The notes under the pieces are model-generated. The model made no database searches. It saw only the letters and a program-made list of their open reading frames with translations, and was not told the DNA's origin. DNA of 63,838 nt, filler included. It is 7 parts of 7 records of this genome, joined end to end, with 100 filler letters (N's around TTAATTAATTAA, not from the genome) between each part and the next. Parts side by side here need not be neighbours in the genome. Positions count along the whole stretch, not along the records: positions 42,416 to 58,720 come from SRR2962707_784; positions 58,821 to 63,838 come from SRR2962707_811; 5 more parts are not named here. The stretch is one strand, 5' to 3'. Position numbers and translations under genes: made by a program. Below, in pieces: positions 52,670 through 59,458 of the stretch. How positions within the stretch are numbered: position 1 is the stretch's first letter; each line of letters begins with the position of its first letter.

Positions 52670-53341
52670 TTAAAGATGCAATCCACACTCGGTTTTCTGA
52701 TTATTCAACCATCTCCCTTCCCGATGATCGCCCTTTTCAGTACAGTGGGTACATCCCACTGAGCCGTATCCCTGGTAGTAAAGTTTGTTTTGTGGCAGCT
52801 CATAAATGGTATGATATAAGCTCACCTCTTCTGCTGTCATGTCGATGATGGGATGAAATTTGAGCAGTTCATCCCTTGGTTCAAAAATCCGAAGGTGCTG
52901 ACGATTGGCATTCTGAAATCTTAAAAGTCCCGAAATCCAAACATCCTTTCCTTTCTTCAACTGATTCGTTGGATCTACTTTGTTAATAAAGCAGCACAGA
53001 TCGTTTTGGTATTTCCACGTTTGATTATCCTGGGTGAAGCGATGCTTGTTTTCCTGCGCTCCCACTTCCACAATATTCAAACCAAGCTTCTGCTTGATCT
53101 CTTCTTTGTACTCGAGCGTTTCTTCAAACAAATACCCGGTATTGACCAGGTAGACGGGATGCTTAGGTGCTGCCTTACTGATCATATGTAATAGAATGGC
53201 AGAGGTGGTTCCAAACGAAGATGTCATCAATATTCGATCATGATCAAATTCAGTAAAGAGCCGCTCCATCCGCTCGAGCGGACTCAAGGGATGGTAGCGC
53301 TCATTTAACCGAACCAAATTTTCTTGTTTATTAGACCTCAT
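52670..53341 (-). CDS. cysH: APS/PAPS reductase
   Basis: TSSFG, NTGYLFEET, DLCCFINKV, WISGL, GYGSVGCTHCT, REGRW, KTECGLH. Confidence 0.92.
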   Translation of the reverse strand: MRSNKQENLVRLNERYHPLSPLERMERLFTEFDHDRILMTSSFGTTSAILLHMISKAAPKHPVYLVNTGYLFEETLEYKEEIKQKLGLNIVEVGAQENKHRFTQDNQTWKYQNDLCCFINKVDPTNQLKKGKDVWISGLLRFQNANRQHLRIFEPRDELLKFHPIIDMTAEEVSLYHTIYELPQNKLYYQGYGSVGCTHCTEKGDHREGRWLNNQKTECGLHL

Positions 53342-53921
53342 TTCTGTCAATCAATGATTTGGTAATACCATTCAACGCTTTCACTTTGAATGAGAAATCT
53401 CCTTTCAGCCGATCCCGAATCACCTTCAGGTTCTGAAGTAGCAGGTCTGTTTCATCCGGAAGTGTCTCATTCAGCACCTCTTTCAATCGTTTAGAAAATG
53501 TTGGGGACTTTCCGTTTGTACTAATACCGATTTTTAGATCACCTTTCTTCACCGTCGATCCTAAATAGAAATCACATAAACCCGGAGTGTCAGCTACGTT
53601 TACAAGCAGATGCTTTTTCCGAGCTATTGACCTGATCTTTGTGTGCAGTGCGTGATCATCAGTGGCCAGTATAACCAGGTCTTTTCCTTTCAGATCACTC
53701 CTCCGAAACGATCGCTCTATTAATTTGATCTGTCTGGATAATTCCTGTCTTTGCCTGACTTCTGCATTGAACTTTTTGGCTACAATTGTAACGTTAGCTT
53801 CATGATCGTTTCTCAGTAAAGCATCCAACTTTTCCAGCCCTACATTTCCTCCTCCAACGATCAGCGTCTGAATCTGATTGAGTTTCAGGAATATTGGAAA
53901 TAATGAATTTCCTATGGTCAT
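53331..53921 (-). CDS. Precorrin-2 dehydrogenase/sirohydrochlorin ferrochelatase (SirC/Met8, CysG N-terminal-like)
   Basis: LFPIFLKL, IVGGGNVG, VNVADTPGLCDFY, ISTNGKSP. Confidence 0.92.
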   Translation of the reverse strand: MTIGNSLFPIFLKLNQIQTLIVGGGNVGLEKLDALLRNDHEANVTIVAKKFNAEVRQRQELSRQIKLIERSFRRSDLKGKDLVILATDDHALHTKIRSIARKKHLLVNVADTPGLCDFYLGSTVKKGDLKIGISTNGKSPTFSKRLKEVLNETLPDETDLLLQNLKVIRDRLKGDFSFKVKALNGITKSLIDRNEV

Positions 53922-54670
53922 GCTACTTTATGTTTTTTGATTGATAATTGATTGGTTTGAGTTGTAAATGCAGCTCCTTCTCCAAAAATTAAGAGTGCCG
54001 GGGATGCTGGCTTTTGATCTCTGGCTTCATCAAGAATTGAATCCACCGTACCAGCAATTACCTGTGCCTCAGCTAGCGAGCCATTGCTGATAATCGCAAC
54101 AGGTAAATCTCCCCGACCCTCTTTTAGATAGTGAGCAACCACCACATCAAGCTTTGACAAACCCATAAATATCAAAGCAGTAGATGCATGTTTGGCAGCT
54201 TTCCTCACCTCGCCACTCACCTTTCCATCAGCCGAAGTAGCGGTCAGGATTGAAAAACCCTGATTGACTCCTCGACACGTAAGTGGGATATTGTATAACC
54301 CCGGCAACATGATGCTGCTAATCCCAATGACCACTTCAGTCGGAATACCATGTGCCTGGGCAAACTGTATTTCTTCAAAGCCTCGCCCAAAGACAAAAGG
54401 GTCTCCCCCCTTTAGTCGCACGACTCGTCCTTTGCTATATGCTTTTTCGACAATCAGCTGGTTAATTCTTTGTTGAGGCACGCTTGATTTTCCGGCTCTT
54501 TTCCCTACCGAAATTTGCTCAGCACAAGGTGCGTATCTAAGTAGTTCCTTAGAAACCAATGAATCGTAAAGCACAACATCCGCTTGCTCCAGTGCCTTCA
54601 CGCCTTTCACGGTAATCAGATCCGGATCTCCAGGACCAGCTCCTACCAACGTTAGTTTTTGATCGCTCAT
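53918..54670 (-). CDS. cobA: Uroporphyrinogen-III C-methyltransferase
   Basis: LVGAGPGDPDLITVKG, VVRLKGGDPFVFGRG, IPLTCRG, FMG. Confidence 0.95.
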   Translation of the reverse strand: MSDQKLTLVGAGPGDPDLITVKGVKALEQADVVLYDSLVSKELLRYAPCAEQISVGKRAGKSSVPQQRINQLIVEKAYSKGRVVRLKGGDPFVFGRGFEEIQFAQAHGIPTEVVIGISSIMLPGLYNIPLTCRGVNQGFSILTATSADGKVSGEVRKAAKHASTALIFMGLSKLDVVVAHYLKEGRGDLPVAIISNGSLAEAQVIAGTVDSILDEARDQKPASPALLIFGEGAAFTTQTNQLSIKKHKVA

Positions 54671-54672
54671 AG

Positions 54673-56796
54673 CTATGCTTTGTAATGGTTACTGATGACC
54701 AACTTTTCTTTTGATTCACCCTCCTGAGATCGAAAAGCAAATACCTGTTCAATGAATGTTGAAGCATTGTCGAGGTAGTTTTTCGCGAAAGCCTGATTTG
54801 GTGCATACCTATTGATTTTAAGTACTTCCTGAGCAAAAGATTCTGCTATTGGAAAAGCGGCCTCATCAGAAAAGTGTGACTGAAAATCATCGATGATGCC
54901 CTTGTGGGTATTGCATTGAATATCCTTGCTCAGCAACAATGACTTGGCACCAATCACCAAAGCACTGTAGCTATGATAGATCGCATTGGCCCATTTTTGC
55001 TTTTCAAAGTCTTCAATGGCCCATTCAATGCGCTCCTTTGCATCCCCAAGAATGGTATCTACCAAATCCAACACCACTCCGGCACACTCTCCCACCCCTA
55101 CCTCAGGTACGAACTCCTCCGCATGTCCCCAATCCTGAAATTCGTCATCACAGATGTGAGACAGATCAGCTAGTGGCTTGAGTAGTTCATAAAAATATTT
55201 CTTACCCTCTCGCCGGAAGTATTGATTGAAATATTCGGTCTCTTCTGCATTGGCTTCATAGTCATCCAGAAGTGCTCGAACTACATCAGGGATTCGTTTT
55301 GTTGGAATCTTGATGACCTTTTCAGCGATATATCCATGATGATCCGGTTCAATTCCACCACCGATGACCACCTGCATTGCCGGCACCACTTTGTCTCCAT
55401 TCTTGATACTACTTCCATGAAAACCAATATTGGCGATCATGTGCTGGCCACAGGAATTCATGCATCCGCTGATCTTGATCTTGATCTGTGATTCATCAAT
55501 CAAGTGTGGATACTCCTCATGGATAACTCGTTCAAGTTCAGTAGCCAGACGCGTACTATTGGTCACACCTAAAGCGCAGGTATCAGTTCCCGGGCATGAA
55601 GTGACATCTGCCAGTGTATCAAATCCGGGATTAGCCAGCCCCAATTCATTCAGCGAAGCAAAAAGCGCCGGAAGACTTTCTCCGTTTACAAACCTGAATA
55701 GTAATCCCTGATTGATGGTAATTCGAATGTCCTTTGAAGCATAGGACTCTGCAATCAAGGCAATTCTACGTGCCACTTTAGCAGAAATGTTTCCTAGTGA
55801 TACTTTGATTTTGACTGCATAAAAACCCTTTTGCTTTTGCTCCACCACATTGATTCTTCTCCATTTTTCGAAAGCATCCTTATCTTGAATTTTATAATTG
55901 GAATATGGACGTTTTAAAGCCGGATAACTTGTTTCCTCATATGAGATTGGGTGGACCTGGTCAGGTAAAGCTTTATACTCTTCATCTACCAATCTGAGAA
56001 AACCATCCAGTCCCAAGCCTTTCTTCGGGTCCACTAAAAATTTCAAACGGGCTTTATGTCGCCTCTCCCGTTCACCATGTCTGTCAAAGACCCTTAAACC
56101 CGCCTCAATAAATGGAATGAGCTTTTCTTCCGGTAAAAAGTCATGAGCCACCTGTCCAAAGAAGGTCTGGGCACCCAGGCCACCACCAACCAAAACTTTA
56201 AATCCACGGATTCCACTTTTCACTTTCGGGGCAAACCCGAAATCATGGATATAGGTGAAGGCCTCATCGTGATCACTGGAAGAAAATGCAATTTTGATTT
56301 TTCTTCCCATGTCCTGGCAAATTGGGTTTCTTAGAAAGTATTCGAATACCTCATGCGCATAGGGTGTGACATCAAAAGGCTCTTCCGGATCAACTCCGGC
56401 CAATGGAGAGGCCGTTACATTTCGAACTGTATTGCCACACGCTTCTCTTAACGTAACATTTACACGCTCCAGTCTGGACCAGATTTCCGGTGTATCATCC
56501 AATGGGATGTGATGCAACTGAATATTTTGACGAGTAGTTAAATGGAGGTTGCCATTGGTATACTCATCTGCTATGTTGGCAATGACGCGAATTTGATCCG
56601 GTGTGACTTTTCCATAAGGAAGTTTAATGCGTAGCATCTGAACTCCTTGCTGTCGCTGACCATATACTCCTCGGGTTAACCTGAACGCCTTAAACCGCTC
56701 CTCCGGGATTGTCCCCAGATGAAAAGAACCTATTTTTTCCTGAAGCTCTTCTATATCTCTCTTTGCTTCGTTTGATATCGTTGTAGTAGATGACAT
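54673..56796 (-). CDS. Siroheme/[4Fe-4S] sulfite (nitrite/sulfite family) reductase with C-terminal HEPN domain
   Basis: GVYGQRQ, HLTTRQNIQ, ACGNTVRN, CPGTDTC and SGCMNSCGQH cluster ligands. HEPN-like AIYHSY...AKSLL...THKGII tail. Operon context indicates sulfite as substrate. Confidence 0.92.
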   Translation of the reverse strand: MSSTTTISNEAKRDIEELQEKIGSFHLGTIPEERFKAFRLTRGVYGQRQQGVQMLRIKLPYGKVTPDQIRVIANIADEYTNGNLHLTTRQNIQLHHIPLDDTPEIWSRLERVNVTLREACGNTVRNVTASPLAGVDPEEPFDVTPYAHEVFEYFLRNPICQDMGRKIKIAFSSSDHDEAFTYIHDFGFAPKVKSGIRGFKVLVGGGLGAQTFFGQVAHDFLPEEKLIPFIEAGLRVFDRHGERERRHKARLKFLVDPKKGLGLDGFLRLVDEEYKALPDQVHPISYEETSYPALKRPYSNYKIQDKDAFEKWRRINVVEQKQKGFYAVKIKVSLGNISAKVARRIALIAESYASKDIRITINQGLLFRFVNGESLPALFASLNELGLANPGFDTLADVTSCPGTDTCALGVTNSTRLATELERVIHEEYPHLIDESQIKIKISGCMNSCGQHMIANIGFHGSSIKNGDKVVPAMQVVIGGGIEPDHHGYIAEKVIKIPTKRIPDVVRALLDDYEANAEETEYFNQYFRREGKKYFYELLKPLADLSHICDDEFQDWGHAEEFVPEVGVGECAGVVLDLVDTILGDAKERIEWAIEDFEKQKWANAIYHSYSALVIGAKSLLLSKDIQCNTHKGIIDDFQSHFSDEAAFPIAESFAQEVLKINRYAPNQAFAKNYLDNASTFIEQVFAFRSQEGESKEKLVISNHYKA

Positions 56797-56814
56797 ATTT
56801 TCTTTATTAGGAAT

Positions 56815-56850
56815 AAAAAAACCCTGATGACTCAGTGGCCACCAGGGTTT
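56815..56850 (-). terminator. Intrinsic terminator (attenuator) immediately upstream of the sulfite reductase gene
   Basis: On the minus strand AAACCCUGGUGGC-cacuga-GUCAUCAGGGUUU-UUUU: 13-bp stem with a U7 tract, ending ~19 nt before the ATG at 56796. Confidence 0.88.
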
Positions 56851-56870
56851 GTATTCGTTTTTATTTTATT

Positions 56871-56969
56871 TTACAAATACCTCTTTTTAGGTGACCTTAG
56901 CACTATTCTCCAGCACATGTACATACACATGCAACAGATGCCTATCCATGTCAGGTGTTTGGCTTTCAT
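56871..56969 (-). CDS. Putative Cys/Met-rich attenuator leader peptide (32 aa)
   Basis: MKAKHLTWIGICCMCMYMCWRIVLRSPKKRYL-stop. The ATG overlaps the metZ stop (ATGA), and the 3' end overlaps an antiterminator arm. Confidence 0.8.
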   Translation of the reverse strand: MKAKHLTWIGICCMCMYMCWRIVLRSPKKRYL

Positions 56970-58174
56970 GACGACACTAGTTTTTCAATTCTTGGATTCA
57001 TTTGTTTTTCCTTACTGGCTTGTAGTGCCTGCTCAATGTCATTGAGAATGTCATTCACATTTTCAAGACCTACAGAAATGCGCACCAATCCCGGAGCAAT
57101 TCCCACACTAGCCCGTTCTTCTTCTGATAGTTTGCTATGTGTAGTACTTGCCGGGTGTGTAACAGTCGTTCGCGTATCGCCCAGATTGGGTGTCAGACTG
57201 AGCATATTTAGATTATCTAAAAAACGCACGCCTCTCTCTAATCCATCTTTTACGATGAACGTCACGATCGCTCCCCCGTGCTTCATTTGCTTTTTGGCTA
57301 GCTCCCGCTGAGGATGACTTTCCAGAAACGGATACTTGACCAATTCCAATTCTTCATGCCCTTCGAGATATGAGGCGATCTTATAGGCATTTTCACAGTG
57401 TTTTTCCATTCGCACTGCGAGCGTTTCTAAACTTTTGCTTAGCACCCATGCATTGAATGGGGACAAGCTCGGACCCGTGTGGCGGGCGAAGAATCGTAGC
57501 TCCTCGATCAATTCCTTCTTCCCTACAATGGCACCCCCTAGTGTTCTGCCTTGTCCATCGATAAACTTGGTGGCAGAATGAGTGACAATATGCGCACCCC
57601 ACTCAATCGGGTTTTGCAAATAAGGGGTAGCAAAGCAGTTATCAACATTCAGAATGAGGTTGTGCTTTTCAGCCAGTTGACCCAAGTACTCGAGATCAAC
57701 GATATCCAGTCCAGGATTGGAAGGTGTCTCTACAAAGATCATTTTCGTTTTCGGAGTGATCAGGCTCTCCCATTTTTCCGGCCGGTGAAGATTGAAATAG
57801 GAATGATCGATTCCCCACTTTGGAAATACCTTCGTAAAAAGCTGATGCGTGGACCCAAACAAGGCACGAGACGCCAAAACATGATCGCCATGCTGTAATA
57901 GCCCCGCCATACTGGTGAACATTGCCGACATACCTGTTGCAGTGGCTAATCCATCTTCCGCTCCTTCCAGGTAACAGAGCTTATGGATAAACTCATCGGT
58001 GTTGGGATTAGAGTACCGGGAATAAATGTTTCCTGGAATCTCATCGTTAAATTTAGCCCTGGCCTCCTCCGCATTGTCGAAGGTGAATGAGCTGGTGAGA
58101 TATACCGGGGCAGAATGCTCCTTCTGGGAAGCATTCGACAGTTGAGTGCGAATAGCTTGCGTTTCAAAATTCAT
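56966..58174 (-). CDS. metZ: PLP-dependent trans-sulfuration enzyme, O-succinylhomoserine sulfhydrylase-like
   Basis: YSRYSNPN, TGMSAM, LFGST, ETPSNP, VDNCFATP, HSATKFIDGQGR (PLP lysine), NLGDTRT...HPASTTH. Confidence 0.85.
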   Translation of the reverse strand: MNFETQAIRTQLSNASQKEHSAPVYLTSSFTFDNAEEARAKFNDEIPGNIYSRYSNPNTDEFIHKLCYLEGAEDGLATATGMSAMFTSMAGLLQHGDHVLASRALFGSTHQLFTKVFPKWGIDHSYFNLHRPEKWESLITPKTKMIFVETPSNPGLDIVDLEYLGQLAEKHNLILNVDNCFATPYLQNPIEWGAHIVTHSATKFIDGQGRTLGGAIVGKKELIEELRFFARHTGPSLSPFNAWVLSKSLETLAVRMEKHCENAYKIASYLEGHEELELVKYPFLESHPQRELAKKQMKHGGAIVTFIVKDGLERGVRFLDNLNMLSLTPNLGDTRTTVTHPASTTHSKLSEEERASVGIAPGLVRISVGLENVNDILNDIEQALQASKEKQMNPRIEKLVSS

Positions 58175-58242
58175 TTGAACGGATTTAATAAATTGGAAAA
58201 AGGAAAAGTAGGGACGGACCTGCTTTAGGAGCGGTCAAAAAA

Positions 58243-58323
58243 TTAACAGCAGCAACAGCACATAGATCGAGCGTGCGTGTTGAGAAATTGGATGTCCTGA
58301 ATGTGTTTATGTGCTTTTTTCAT
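58243..58323 (-). CDS. Putative polycysteine leader peptide (26 aa)
   Basis: MKKAHKHIQDIQFLNTHARSMCCCCC-stop (ATG TGC TGT TGC TGC TGT TAA), between the SAM riboswitch and metZ. Confidence 0.82.
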   Translation of the reverse strand: MKKAHKHIQDIQFLNTHARSMCCCCC

Positions 58324-58325
58324 AA

Positions 58326-58422
58326 TTTATATTCACTTTAAAAGTTCAGGAATTAGCACCTTGGTTTGGTTACCAGGTTGCTAGCACATCAACGAGCCTG
58401 TCTCTCCGTGCTTCTTTATAAA
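58326..58422 (-). ncRNA. SAM-I riboswitch
   Basis: P1 UUUAUA/UAUAAA, AAGA, P2 GCAC..GUGC with kink-turn GA/UGA, pseudoknot CAGG/CCUG, P3 UAGCAACC...GGUGCUA, AUUCC, short P4. Lies upstream of a Met-synthesis gene. Confidence 0.9.
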
Positions 58423-58597
58423 TTTTATCTCTCCATTGCTAAAAAGATGCGCCAAAACTGAACTAAAGATTTTAAACTTCCAAAAACTTTTTCGAAAAAA
58501 ATTTCTTTGCAAGTAACCTTTCTGCTAGTCGGAAGTATTTCTAAAAGTGCAACTATTATTCGTTTAAAGCGTCTTTAAACCAACTCAACTACTCAAA

Positions 58598-58720
58598 ATG
58601 AAGTACTACCTGCGAATTACCTTGCGCAATTTTTTGCGTCACAAAGTTTCCTCACTCATCAATTTAATCGGACTAACGACCGGATTGACCTGTGCCTTTT
58701 TCATCTACCTCTGGGTGCAG
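58598..58720 (+). CDS. MacB/FtsX-type ABC transporter permease, 3'-partial
   Basis: MKYYLRITLRNFLRHKVSSLINLIGLTTGLTCAFFIYLWVQ, a typical Bacteroidota ABC permease N-terminus. Confidence 0.85.
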
Positions 58721-58873
58721 NNNNNNNNNNNNNNNNNNNNNNNNNNNNNNNNNNNNNNNNNNNNTTAATTAATTAANNNNNNNNNNNNNNNNNNNNNNNN
58801 NNNNNNNNNNNNNNNNNNNNTGTTGTTGTTGTTGCTGCTGCTGCTGTTTGTTGGTTTTGTTCGCTCTGTACAG

Positions 58874-59113
58874 ACTGGGAAAGGGTTCAAGAACGGCGAG
58901 TACGGCCACCTTTTCAGCCTCGGGAACATCAAGGGCAAGGAAGCCCGTCCGCTGTGGCGCTACCTGTACCAGGTCACAAACACTAAGCCTCCGATGTGGA
59001 ACTTCAAAGGGAAGTACCTCGTGGACCGCCAAGGGAAAGTGCACAAGGTCACTGACCTCGAGGCGCAGATCGTGGAGCTGCTCGCCGAAGAAGCCCCAAA
59101 GAGCGGCCTCTAA
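58874..59113 (+). CDS. Last exon of a glutathione peroxidase-family protein
   Basis: CAG acceptor at 58871-58873, then ...IKGKEARPLWRYL...PMWNFKGKYLVDRQGKV with the GPx WNF motif. Confidence 0.75.
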   Translation, partial: TGKGFKNGEYGHLFSLGNIKGKEARPLWRYLYQVTNTKPPMWNFKGKYLVDRQGKVHKVTDLEAQIVELLAEEAPKSGL

Positions 59114-59458
59114 GGCACACCGTCTCCTCATCTAGATCGAACCGAAGCTCCTCCACCATCCCCGTGCACACAATGCTTGTTTGCGTGAATGAAGGCCTCT
59201 TTGCTTGAATGGCTTGGCGGTCGCAGACGCTGGTGTTTCAGCTTGAAACGCTGTGTTTTGTGGCTGCCATGCTGTCGCCGAGAGTCCTGATATACGAAAC
59301 TGGTGAACGTGTGAAAACCCGGTGTGCGTGGCACAAGTTGGTTCAACAATTTGCGATCGTCTGCAATTTTTTAATAGTTTACGCGAACGCATCGCATCTG
59401 AAATACACGATGCCCAGTTTTTTTGCCAGCACCTCACACCACGGTGTTGCCAAAGTTC

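Noticed and set aside
54673-55075. HEPN domain as a toxin or anti-phage RNase
   Set aside because: It is fused to a housekeeping reductase, has no evident Rx4-6H motif and has no adjacent MNT antitoxin or defence genes.
56887-56949. Alternative-frame sORF MDRHLLHVYVHVLENSAKVT as the leader
   Set aside because: It has no coupling to metZ and no relation to sulfur amino acids. The Cys/Met frame explains the sequence better.
59114-59340. SECIS element in the glutathione peroxidase 3' UTR
   Set aside because: ATGA/GTGA starts are present, but I could not build a convincing stem with the 3' GA quartet and apical AA. The catalytic codon lies outside the contig. SECISearch would settle it.
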